This document shows, piece by piece, positions 35,903 to 48,155 of a stretch of DNA of 64,000 nt. The notes below the pieces were generated by a model that saw only the letters and a list, made by a program, of their open reading frames with translations, ran no database searches and was not told where the DNA came from. The translations under genes were made by a program, and so were the position numbers. Each line of letters begins with the position of its first letter. The first letter of the stretch is position 1. Source of the stretch: Gonapodya sp. JEL0774 (Eukaryota); NCBI GenBank assembly GCA_027604505.1, contig JADIIX010000112.1, forward strand, positions 1-64,000, given 5' to 3'.

Positions 35903-38900
35903 ATGGGCCGCAATCTTCGACTCTTGACCTTCTGCGCATCTGCGCTCGCGCTCTTCTCCCCCATCCTGGCGGGCAAGTTCAACAGAGGTCCTCCGAAAGC
36001 TATGGGCTACGTCCACACTCCCTCGTTCCACGAGGTACACCTTGACATTCGCTCTCCCACACCTGAGCTCAAAGCAGGACGATTCCAAAGGCGTCAGGAG
36101 CCGTCCACTTCCAACAGCTCGGATTTGACCACCGCCGCTCAGACTGTCTACAACTACTTTGTCGGAAAGTATCCCTACTTGAACCCGCAAACTGATGTGA
36201 GAAAGTGTCTTATGTTGCCGGGCTGTTGATCCAACCTAACTTGCACTGTGATCCTCCCTGCAAGGTTGCCGTATACGATGCCCACCTTGACTCGCAAGGA
36301 TTCGCCTACTTGTGAGTTCTCACCTATAATTCCACGTGCTCTTGTGAATGAGTCCTCATAACCCACTCAACGTTGTAATTTGTGACTCCCCGACGAAAAT
36401 GCAGCTAGTGAGTAAACGGTGCTTGCTCTTTCCGCAATCCGCACGGAACGAAGTCTAACTCAAATCCACTTGATTTCCTTGCAGCCTCGTTCAGCTCATG
36501 AACAACGTTGTCATCGAAAACCGGCAAGCGAGCGCTGCGGTTTACAAGGGTGCCATTGTCTCCTCCGCCGGCAACCTCCTCAGCCAGAACGAGACTGAAG
36601 CCGGCAAGAAATTGTCAACGACACCCGCAAACACTCCCGTGGACGCCGCCAAGGCGATCGTTGCACTCTATTACGAAGCATATGGGCTTCCACTTCCCAA
36701 AACCTACGCCCTCACCCAAAAGTCTGTGTACGACAGCGCGACCAACACCACCACCTACGAAGTCACCGGACTTGGCGACCTCGGCTTCGTCGACCCCTTC
36801 TTCGCCATGGAAGAATTCTGGGTCCACGACAACGGCACCCTCGAGCTCGTGTGGTACGTCGACCTCCAGGACGACGACGGTGTTTGGATCGGTATCGTCA
36901 CATCTGCGGCCAGTGCGGCTGGAACCAACCCGGAAATCATTGCCATCATTGAGTACGCAGACGGGATTGACTCGCAGGTGTACAGCGCGTACCCGCCCAA
37001 TGGCACTTTCGGTGAGTGCAAGGTTTTTTCGCTCGTCACATTTCAAATAGCTCTGCAGTTCATAATTCATATTTCTTGCTTTTCTCTGCAAATAAATGCA
37101 TTGGTGCACTCAGATCCTCTCACCGTTCCGCCTCAAACTTACACCGAGGGTCAAGTGATCAACAAGCTGGCCAGTCCCAACGGATGGACAACCAACGGAA
37201 CTCTTACCGCTGGAAACAACGTCGGCATTTTTTCGCTCCCGGGTGGTGATCTGGTAAGTTTCGATGTGCAGAATAAGCCTCGGCAGTGTGTATTTCGATT
37301 CTAAATCTTTTGCCCTCCCCTGAAAGACCGTCTTGAATGCTTCCTTCGCGTCCCCCAACTTCACTGGAGTGAGTTTTTGCGCTATTCTCCACAACCATTC
37401 CATGATCTCTGAACTGATCAAAAACACGTTTATCAGGTTTACGACATCCAAAACCCTCTGTCCACCGACTCTATTAACCAGGCCATGGCCATGCTTTTCT
37501 TCTGGACCAACTGTGAGTTTTCTTCATGCCAAAGCGATCTCATCCGATCCGAAAGAACCATCTCACCCGCCCTACGTGCATTCCGGGAAACCAGACATCC
37601 ACGACCTCATGTACGCGTACGGATTCGACGAAGCCGCCGGCAACTTCCAGCAAGACAATCTTGGCCGTGCCGCAGACGGAGGCGGGGACCCCATCTTGGG
37701 CTTGGCGCAGTTTGGATCCACCACGTGTCCGGCTTCGGAAAAGACGTGCCGGAACAATGCAAACTTCGCCACCCCACCCGACGGCAAAGCCGGTATCATG
37801 AAGTACTACCTCTTTGACGCGCCCACCGCGCCTCTTGTTCGGGATTCCACGGTGGATCGAGATGTGGTGGCTCACGAGATCGGACACGGGATTCTCGGGC
37901 GACTTACCGGCGGGCGTCGCGACGGGAACTGCCTCGAGAGCCAGGAATCGGTGAGTGTTTTGTGGGCTCACGGTGTGTCCCGTTTTTTCCCATTCCCCCG
38001 CAACAAAATGACACCCCCAACCCACCCCCCCTATATCACTCCCCACCACCAGGGCGGTCTCAACGAAGGTTTCGCCGACGTCGTCGCGTGGACTCTTGCT
38101 CTGGTCCCCGCCGACACCCGAGACACTCCCAAAACCGTGGGGGCCTGGGCGACGGGCAACGCGGTGGCCGGGATTCGAACGTACCCCTACACCACCAGCA
38201 TCACGCTCAACCCGTCCCACTATGGGTTCTTGAACGACCCGGCCTACGCCAATGCGGTACACGATATCGGATCGGTGTGGAGTGAGATGCTGTACGAGGT
38301 GTACTGTGAGTATCCTAAGTTTTTTTGATCGGTCTGTGCGATCTCCACATCCTGTTGTGTGAACTCATTGGGTCTGCGTTGGCGTTGGCGTTTCACATCC
38401 TGAAGGGAACATTGCCGATGCGGTGAAATCGTTTGGCAACCTCGACGACCCGAAAGCGACGGGCAGCAACAATATCTTTTTGCACTACCTCCTCACGGGA
38501 ATGAAACTTCAGCCGTGCAACCCCACTTTCATCCAAGCTCGTGACGGTGCGTTGTTGTGTTGTTTGATCCGCTTGGTCGGGCCGTGGTTTTCCGTGCAGG
38601 ACTCGAAATCGACTGACACACCACCTACCTACCCTGCCCTTTCACGTGCTCTTCGCTCTCCCTCACGATGATGATCAAACATCCCCTTCCCCCCCCAAAT
38701 AGCCTTCCTGCTGGCTGATGCCACCCTCGGCAACAAGGTCCACCTCTGCAACATTTGGCGCGGGTTCGCCAAACGCGGTCTGGGTGTGAACGCCACCGGC
38801 ACGGGGCAACCCTGGGTGCACAAGCCCGACTGGAGCGTCCCGGACGGCTGCCCTGCCGTTCCGGCCGCGGAGCAGGTTGGCGCTGCCACGTGGGTGCAAC

Positions 38901-39145
38901 CGACGGCCACCGTGACCATTGCCGGTGCCACCAACCTGAACCAAGCCGCGTTCGGGTACAAGCCGGCGTCCCAGACGGGAACGGCGGCGGCGACTGCGAA
39001 GGCGTCCACGTCGTCGGCTCGTGCGGCGGCGACGGGAACTGCGTCGGCCACTCCCAAGGCGGGATCTGCGAGTGGGCGTGCGACGGTCGGGTTGGGAGGG
39101 GCGGTGGGGGTGGCGGTTGCGGCTGCGGCGTTTGCGTTGCTTTAG
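35903..39145 (+). CDS. Fungalysin (peptidase M36) zinc metalloprotease with signal peptide and GPI-like C-terminus
   Basis: Signal peptide MGRNLRLLTFCASALALFSPILA, propeptide exons, IHDLMYAYGFDEAAGNFQQDN, NNANFATPPDG, HEIGH, GGLNEGFAD, GIRTYPY, VHDIGSVW, GMKLQPCNPTFIQARD and FAKRGLG. Ends with an A/T/S linker and hydrophobic tail. Confidence 0.95.
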
Positions 39146-39469
39146 AATATAGAGAAATGGCTTCTTTTTCTTTTGAACCCTGCATGCTTACGAAAATAGT
39201 ACGTATGAATATATATTTCGGTGTTTTGAACTCGTCTGGGTAGGCAGGATCAGAAGACAGAGCGGGACGCTGGAAGCCAGGTCCGCAAGTGAAATAATTA
39301 TAAACAAATAAATATTTAATGATGAATTATGGCGACTTGAGAATTCAATGAGAGGAGTGGAGGGTTGGGATGTGACCGCAGCCATCGGAATCAAAAACCT
39401 AAGAAACCCCGGATCGGAGGGAAGACACATCGAACCATCCCGTCCACAGGGCGACTCGAGTGAGGTGGT

Positions 39470-42254
39470 ATGGGCAGACAAGAAGGAGAGAAGAAGAGGG
39501 AACAGGAGACAGCGCAGACAGAAACAGAAAACACAGAGATCGATGTGGACGAGGAAGACGACAAGGGAGACAGCAGGGGAGACGGGGGGAGTGGGAGGGG
39601 AAGCAGCACGGGGAACCGTGTGGATGCATCGTCGGGTCAACCGGTTGTGCCACATGCGCCCCCCGGGTTCCGCATGACGGTGTCGCTCAACATCTTCTTT
39701 GGTGTGTGGTCGGTTCCGTGGCTGTGCCACACTCCCCCCAACTCGAGCACTCGAGGACGCGCACTCACCAACCACATCCACCACATCTCCCCCATATCCC
39801 CAATCCCGCCCACCCATCCCCCTCATCACCACCCCCTATCCCCCCCATTCCCCCCCTATCCCCCCACACTCCCCCATCACCCATCACCCACCCACCCCCG
39901 CATCGCATCACCCAGCACTCGCATGCGCAGTCACTGTGGCCAATCTCTACTATGTGCAACCCCTCCTCGCTCTCTTCGAATCCACTTTCAACGTCTCAAC
40001 AACCCAGGCTGGCACAATAAACACCCTGCTCCAGGCTGGTTACGCTCTCGGCCTCATTCTCATTTCTCCCCTGGGTGACATGGTCAACAGAAGAAGGTGA
40101 CGTCTCCGCTCTCTCGGGGGGGTTGGGGGGGGGGGGCTGGGGGGGGGGGGGGGGGGGGGGGGTGTTGGGGGGGGGGGCCGGGCGGGTTCATGGGGGGGGG
40201 GGGGTGGGCTGGCAGCAGTGTGGGGACGGGACGGAACTGTGGTGCGGAAAGTCTTNNNNNNNNNNGCGGGGCCGGCGGGGGGGCGGCCGGGGGGCGGGTG
40301 GACCGCTCTCCCCTCCTCACACCCCCCACCCCCACGCGCGCACATCTGACGTCATCATCCCTTCTTGCCCCCCCCTCCCCCCTTTCCTCCCACCCCCTCT
40401 CATCCCCCACCAAAGACTCATCCTCTCCCTCACCTCGATCCTCATCCTCCTCAGTCTCGCCCTCGGCTTCGTCTCCTACTTCCCCCTCTTCCAGGCCCTC
40501 AACTTCTTCATGGGTGTCCTCACTGTCGTCCCCCAGATCATCATTCCTTTCGCCGCAGAGTGAGTTGGTCCGCCGGATCGTCGGGCGGGGAGGTGTTTGG
40601 GTTGGGTGGGGGGGGTTGGCTGAAGGGTTGGGGGGAGGGTTGGGTTCTTGGGTTCAGTGCAGCACGTGGACTTATTCATACCACAAAACCCGTCCACCCT
40701 TCCCCACCTTTCTCCACTTCCCCACTAACCCTCTTCCCCCGCTCACCCCTCACCCCTCACCCCTCGCGCCCCGCCACCCGCCTCCCCCGCCCAGCCTCAC
40801 CCCCCCCACTCGCCGCGGCTCCGTCATCGGCACGCTCATGTCGGGCTTCCTCATCGGCATCCTCGCGGCCCGCATCGTGGCCGGAGCCGTCGCGCAGGCC
40901 GTGGGGTATCGGTGGGTGTATTACGGGGCGGGGGGGGCGCAGGTGAGAATAGGGTGGAGGGGGGTTGGGAGGGTGGCAGGGTTGGGAGAGAGAGTGGGTG
41001 GGAGAGTGGCAAGGTGGTGGAGGGAAGGTGGAGGGAAGGTGGTGGAGGCAAGGTGAAGGTGACGTGTGGTGTGTGGCGGTTTTCAAGGTGCCCGGAAAAA
41101 AACAAAACGGGCAGAACGGGCAGAGGTCAGGGTTGGGGCGGTCCTAGTATGCTTGATGAGACGTCCATCCACGGCACATGTTACCATCCCTCGACCAACA
41201 CCCATCATCCCCATCGTCGCCTCTTCCACCACCACCCCCCCCCCCGCCCCCACCGTTCAAAGGTCCTCCTCCTCGCCGCCATGCTCCTCTTCCTCCCCGA
41301 CGAACCCCACAAAACCTCCTCCACTCTGTCCACCTTCTCCACCCCCGCTCCATCCCTGCCCACCCATGTCCCTCCCCGCCCCACCTTGTTCCGCACCATC
41401 CTCTCTGCCTACTCCCACCTCCTCCACTCCATGCTCTCCCTCCCCCTGTCCTACCCCGTGCTCCTCCAGGCCTGCCTCATGGGCCTGGCCCAGTCCGCCA
41501 GCTTCGCGAACTTTTGGGCCTCGTCCACGTTCCTCTTGGCTGGGCCAGACTACGGTTACGATACGGGAGTGATCGGACTGCTGGCGGTTGCGGGGGTCGT
41601 GGGGATATGTACCGCGCCGGGGGTGGGGTGGGCCGCCGATAGGGTCGGCGTGGCGACGGGGGGTTGAATAGGGTGCGGGGGGGGGCGTTGACAAGACGAA
41701 GTTTGTGACCGGTGCACGCGCATCACACCACTTGCTCACAAATATGTCCCGCCCCCACACTTGCGAAAAACAACGCCAACTCGCCACCCTCCCCCGCCCC
41801 ACACACACACACAGAAAGCGCATCTTGTCGCTCGAACCGTCGGCGAATTCTCGCATCAACGCTGTCTGTAAGTCGTCTGGTCTTGTCCCTGGTCACGCGA
41901 TCGGAGCCCGTCACCACCCACCACCCACCATCCTCCTTTCCTTCCCTTCCCACCCACCACCCTCCAACAACCAACCCCTCCCCGTCGCTAGTCATGTTCT
42001 CCGTCTTCATCGGCATGACCGCCGGCTCCCTCCTCGGCACCACCTCGTACACCCTCGTGGGCTGGCGCGGGCCATGTTCCCTGGGCCTTGCCTGCGGCGT
42101 CACGGTGATCGCAGCTTTTTTGCTCATCGTGGACGAGAGGGGGGAGTGGAGGTATCGGGCGTGGAGGAAGTGGTGGGCAGAGGGAGGGGGGAGGTGGAGG
42201 GGAAGTGGCAAGGGGGGAACAGAGGGGGAGACGTTGAAAGGGAGGGAAGGGTAG
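39470..42254 (+). CDS. Major facilitator superfamily transporter (ANLYYxQPLL type), apparently lacking two helices
   Basis: ALACAVTVANLYYVQPLL, QAGYALGLILISPLGDMVNRRRL, QIIIPFAAD...RRGSVIGTLMSGFLIGILAARIVAG, GWAADR and SRINAV. Introns at 39702-39915, 40097-40415, 40560-40794, 40943-41262 and two more. Confidence 0.88.
40256..40265. other. Assembly gap (10 N) within a poly-G-rich intron
   Basis: Run of N characters flanked by long G homopolymers (40119-40204). Confidence 0.99.
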
Positions 42255-42793
42255 CTGCGGTGGGGTGCTGGTGGGGGGGAGGGCTCTGGTGATGGTATTT
42301 CCCGGGGGTAGGGGTAATAAGAGCGCTCTTGTACATAGAATGGAGCAGATACTTTGTGCTCAGCGGGGCACCCAATGCACTGCCACTGCCGGTGTTGCGT
42401 GAACTACGTGGCCCCGGTCAACTGTCGAAGTGAGAAAAAGTCTGTTTTCAGCACGAGTGTGCGACCCGAGTTCGTTTCTGCCCCACACGGTCGCCATGGG
42501 GGTTGGAGGAGCACGTGATTGCTCCTCTGGTGTACAAGGTTTACCAGTTCATTGGGAGATTGACGAGTCGACTGGAGGGAGCTCTCTCTATCGTCTCGCG
42601 TCCAAGGCCGGCCAGGCAAAAGACCGTGTACAGTATTGAGTAGCTCACCAGCGGTCCCGCTCGCCTCAGAGACGCAACAACAAACACACCGGTTGCATTC
42701 ACAACCATTCCGTATTTTCCATCCACCCCATCTTCCCCCTTTCTGGCCACGCGTTTTTCATTCCCCACAAGTTTTACATATATCTACCGTGCT

Positions 42794-44906
42794 CTAGGGC
42801 GCCGCCGCCGCCGACAACGACGCCTTCTCCTCGTACTTGCGTCGCAGTTCCTCAATGTGCCATTCTAGTGACGACCAAACACGGCGAGTATAAGGAAAGA
42901 GAGGATGGGACCGTTGGTAAGGGGGGCATGTACAGGGATGCATGTGGGTTTGGGGGAGACGGGGGGTGGAAAAGAGACGGCGGTGGAGTGAGTCGCGGCC
43001 ACTTACTTCACACACCGCTGGCAAAAACAAAGGCGCGAACCACTCTGCAAGCATCACATTAACTTACCCGACTGATACTCCCACGGCTCCTTCCCATCGA
43101 AACACCTGCACCCCTCAATCGCACATTTTGTCCCTTTCCCGCTCGCCCCCCCACTCTCTTTGCCCTTTCCCTTCCCCTTCCCCTTCCCCTTCCCATCACC
43201 CATACCACCTTCCTCCACCTTCACCTTCCCCTCTGCCTCCGTGTTCCTGGGGTGGAACCTCACCCCGTCCACGTACACCTCCAGGTCGTGACACCGAGTG
43301 CACGGGAACACCAGACCGTACGAGCACCCGTCGCAGCGCGCGCAGTGCGTGTAGGCGGCATCCATGCATGCTGGATGGTGTGGGTGATTGAGGACGGATC
43401 GGGGTTTCGTGGGCGGTGGGAGGATAACAGGAAGAACCATGCAGTATTTGACAGGCGACGGATACACAGGGATTGGACCCAGAGTTCAACTGTACAAAAC
43501 AAAATTCGAACATCCATTACTTCAACCCACCTCGACAACTGCCACAGTGCGTAGTCGCCGGCATGGTAGGATGGTGCTGGGCTCTAACCGCTGTTTTCAT
43601 GCAGAAGCTATGCCGGAACGGAGAGTCAAGAGGGAAACTGGATCAGTCTCGGAGTGTTTCTCACAGATAAGCACACACAACGTGCACACTTCTGAAAAAC
43701 GAAAATCACCCCCATCCTCCGTCCGCCCACCCACCTATAAAAAAACTTCGCGGGCGGATGCTCCTCCTTCCCATGCCCACACTCCGTCTCCACCAACAAG
43801 TCCCTCAGAGGCTTCTTTCTCTGATCCAAACCCGCGATCGGCGGGACTGGACACGGGAGCGGGTACTCGGCAGAGAGCTGCTCTTCCGTCAGTGATGAGA
43901 GTGTCTGTGGGTGGTCTTGGGCGCAGGGGGAGAGAGGGATGGAGGAGAACGCGGCGGGGATGGTCTATACGAGGGATAACGGGGGAGAACAAGAGGGTGT
44001 GAGGGGTTGGAACTGCGTCGGGGTTGGTGTGGGTAACGGACGTTCAAGGTAATCCATGCCGAGCAAGAATCCCACCACTCCCCTCATGTGATGGCATGTG
44101 TCTCTTACAAAAACTATTTTGACACTCACTCCCTCTTCCGACACCCGTTCGCTCTTGTGCCCCGACGACCACACCTGTGTCAGCAGCGTGAGCAAGCGTC
44201 CGTCGACCTTATGCTCCTGGACAGTTTGTACGAGTTTTCGCTTGAGCTCGTCCCGGCGAAGGTGCAGATAGAGGTCCTAAAACGGGTTGAGGGAAGAGGA
44301 CGTCCGGGTGGTTGGTGGAGGACCGGTTTCGGAACACACGACGCACTCCTGGACTGACGTTCCGTTCCCTCTTCGCGCCCCCTTGCTGCAACTCACGTGC
44401 ATCTCTGCCAGCTCTGGCAACTCGAGAATCCCAAGAATCATCGCGATATCCCGACATATCTCCTTATGTCCCGCGCGGAAATCCTTCACCTGACACTCCT
44501 TGTCGCAATACCACGCCCTGATCAGGGAGTAACCATCGGGAGGGGGGTTTGTTCATCCACGATTAAAAATCCGGAAAATAGATCGTGTCATCCTTTGGAC
44601 GACGGACCAAGAATGAATCGCGTACACCGGCACACTCACTCCGTCCGCCTCGGGACTCCCCATCCCATCCGCGGGGACGGGGCGGGCAACTCACCCTCGA
44701 CACCTCGAGCACCGTTTCAGACCCGCCGGTCGCGATCCGCACAGAACACACCGCTTGGCGTCCCGGCGCGGTTCCGAACCACCTGTACCTGCACCTCCAT
44801 CACCGCCGCCGTCGTCCCGGAGAAGTCGAGCGAGCTGGGGCAGGTGTTCACCAAGGATGATCGATTTGCCGAGTGTGACGGTTTTGGAGTCGGGATCGAT
44901 GCGCAT
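42794..44906 (-). CDS. MYND zinc-finger protein with additional Cys/His-rich C-terminal region
   Basis: CVLCGSRPAGLKRCSRCR/AWYCDKECQVKDFRAGHKEIC across an intron is a MYND consensus. Later motifs include CVVC, THCGSC, THCARCDGCSY, PCTRC and CAIEGCRC. The start codon is uncertain. Confidence 0.8.
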
Positions 44907-45290
44907 TGGCGGGTTGGGGTGGGGAATAAGAGATTAGCGCAAATGGTTCCGTCGGAAAGAAGAGGAAGGTATTTTCGTCGATCGCTTCATGTCAAAACAC
45001 ACTCTCCGGCAAGAAAAAAAATATGACACTGAACAGTTTGCGTTATTCGTAAATCTATTGTAATCTTATATGAGACGATGCATCTTTTTCCGGAAGCTGA
45101 GAAGAGATAATGAGTCAGCCCACTCAAACCCCACCCAGGAAGCTCGTAATAATAGTTGAGGAAACTAAACACCGTTCGCATAGTGGCTTCAGTTCACTGT
45201 GCTCCCAAGTTTCTCAAACTGTGAGATTTACGACGGAATGTTGGGGTAAGTGTTAGAAGCACCCAACATACGCCCCTCGCGCCGTTACTC

Positions 45291-47149
45291 CTAACTCACC
45301 CTCTCCCTCACAGCCCTCACGACCGCCTCTCCCACTTCCCCCGTCGTATTTTTCCCCCACAAGTCCGGCGTCCTCAGTGCCAGTCCCCCCTCGTGCACGT
45401 CGTCCAGCACGTACCGCACCGCGTCCTCGATGGCGTCGGCTTCCCGCGGCAGCTTCAACGAGTATCTGACCAACATGGCCGCAGAGAGGATCGAGGCGAT
45501 AGGATTAGCCATGTTTTTGCCGGCGATGTCGGGGCCTGTGCCGTGGACTGGCTCATACTGCGCGAGTGGTGGGCGGCGATTGTGGTAGTTTATGGACATT
45601 TTGTGAGAATTGGTTTCTGGGTACAGTGTGGGTAGAGCTTTTGACTCACAAGGGCAACGCCAATGTCGCCGATGCCGTTCGTGCTTGCGCTAGGAGCCAA
45701 GCCCAGTGAGCCCGGTATACCAGAGGCCTCATCGCTGTTTATAGAGGTATAAAACATCATGGAATATGTGAGGAGAGTGCACTTCAAACTAGAAAGACGG
45801 GATCATTCACCTTAGAATGTCTCCAAACATATTATCGGTAACGACGACGCCGCTGTTCAAGTCGAAGTGAGGGTGCCGTCCGCATTCACGGGATCAAACA
45901 AACTAAAGCGCCAGGTCTGGCCGAGGAAGCACTTACTTGAATGCGCGAGGGTTTTTGAGCATGATGAGACACGCTGCATCGATCAGAAAGTGTTTCGTCT
46001 CCAGCTGCGGGCTTCCGGCATCGAAACATCTCAGTGCCTCGCTCGTGAACACGCCATACCGGAACCAAAAAACCAACTCACAACTCGCGCGCCATGGTCT
46101 CGTTGAACACGCGTCTCCACAATCGAGACGACGCCATGACGTTGTACTTGTCCACGTTGATGACGGGCCATGGCGGGCTGTGCTGGAGGGCGAGTTGTGC
46201 GGCCGCGCGGGTGATCCGTTCGATTTCGGGGACGGTGTAGTGGCAGGTATCGTAAGCTTCGATTTCGAGAACGATGGTTACACGTGATGAGATTCAAAGG
46301 ATATCCAAAGATGGGTCTATTGAATTCAAGTTATGACGTTCCGGAAACACGTGATGAAACACACACCTTCAAAGCCATCGTCCTCCTTGCGTTCCCCATA
46401 ATATGATCCACCCGCGTTCTCCCTTAGCACGATGAATGAGACGTCCTTGACGATTTCCTCTTTCAGCGAGGACAATTTGTAGAGTGATTTCGAAGGGAAA
46501 AAAGTGGGCTTACGGACGAAGTTATTGGGCTAACGTAAATTATTGGCAATCAATGGTACTTGATACCAACCCTTATGTTGCAGTAGAGTTGCAATTCTTT
46601 TCGCAAGTGAAGCAGTCCCCATTCCGGGCGCTTATGGGGCTCCTTGGCGCCTGTCCATTTGGGCCCTCCCACACTACCGAAAAAGATCGCGTCACAAGAT
46701 TTGCAAGCTTCGAAGGTTTTGTCGGGCAGTGTGGTGCCTGTTGAAATGCTGTGAGAATGCGGCACGGAACACAATGTGTGGAATGCCCGTATAAATCGCC
46801 CACCGTATTTGTCGATTGCATCTCCACCCATCTCATGTTCCTCGAACTCGATAGGAATGGCTTCGTGGGTTGGTGCAGAGCAGTTGATGTTCATGGGGTT
46901 CGATGGAGTCAATATTTGGTTCCGATCCTAATTTGCTGGATGCAGGTCGCTTGGCGTGGAAAACCGCGTCAAGAATTACCTCGAAGATCGCGCACAAGCT
47001 TCAAGACCTCTACGCCCCAAGGGGTCACTTCCTAGTTAGTGGTGACAGATTGTTCCTGCACCGTCATCCAACTGAAACACGGCGAAGTGGGTCGTCGAAC
47101 GCACCTTCCCGATGAAATCTCCAGGAATTACCACAATCTTCTTAGCCAT
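45291..47149 (-). CDS. LEU2: 3-isopropylmalate dehydrogenase
   Basis: [131 protein letters not shown] and RTPDL. Confidence 0.96.
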
Positions 47150-48155
47150 CAGTCTTGCTAACGGGTTACGAAGCGGATTCGAAAAGAAGGATATCCCGGC
47201 GTATCGGAGGCTTTTCTCCAAATCCCCGCCGGATGTCCTTTACTCGAAAATCTGAACCCGAAAGTTTATCCAACGGCCGCGGTGGGAGCTCCAGAGATAC
47301 ATAGCACATATAGCTCCCACAAATCTGCTTGGCTCTGTGCAAGTTTAGTTTGTAGGATACTACTGTCTGAGCGCGTACATAAACTTTATATTTCAGCTGT
47401 GAAACCGCCGGCACTCGGCCGACATTCGCCCCAGCCCACGCAGCAAATAGAAGACCCCGACATGATCGTGTTTGCTTTATCCGGTCCTGCCTCCAAAGGG
47501 CAATTCCATCCTACGTTTTCAAAGGAGAATACCTTTGTTGATTGTTGCCTTCCTGCGCGGGCCGTTATCCTTACAGCAATATAGTCGTTGGTTCAAGACA
47601 ACTGGCGTCCCCTACTTGAATGTCACCTCATACACCTCATCCCTGCAATGCATGTATTCCACCCACGTCCAAAATTACTACATCGACAGAATTCCTCGTC
47701 AACGTAAAAGGTGCCGCCCTTCATCACGGACTAACCATTGCAAAATGATAACGTGTTCTTCAGCGTAATCAAATTCCGCAGAAGTGACCACAGACCGGGA
47801 TGCAAGAGTGCGTGCCACTCCAGCACTGACTTGGCCCGTAGGAACCAATATCCTCGTTCAACCTTTCCCACCTCCAAGTGCCTCTTTGCGAAATTGAAAA
47901 AAGCAGCAGAGGGTTTGTGGAGTTCCTGGGCCGTTCTATTCAAAGGGAAAGGAGTTACATCAACCTGCCATTTTCGCTCAGTTCTCCAAGGCAAGGAGAG
48001 TGTGACCTGTCGCGATTAGGAATCAGTGCGCGATCCGCGCGATCGCAAATGCTTCTGTTCTCTCGTGCGACCGGCGTTCGAGCGCTTCTTCTTTGAGCCG
48101 GTTGGACATTCAACCAAAGTTTGGCTTGGACGGACAACGACGGAGGGACAGAGAC

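Noticed and set aside
39188..42292. Numerous Pro/Gly-rich ORFs on both strands
   Set aside because: They arise from stop-poor G/C homopolymer introns of the MFS gene.
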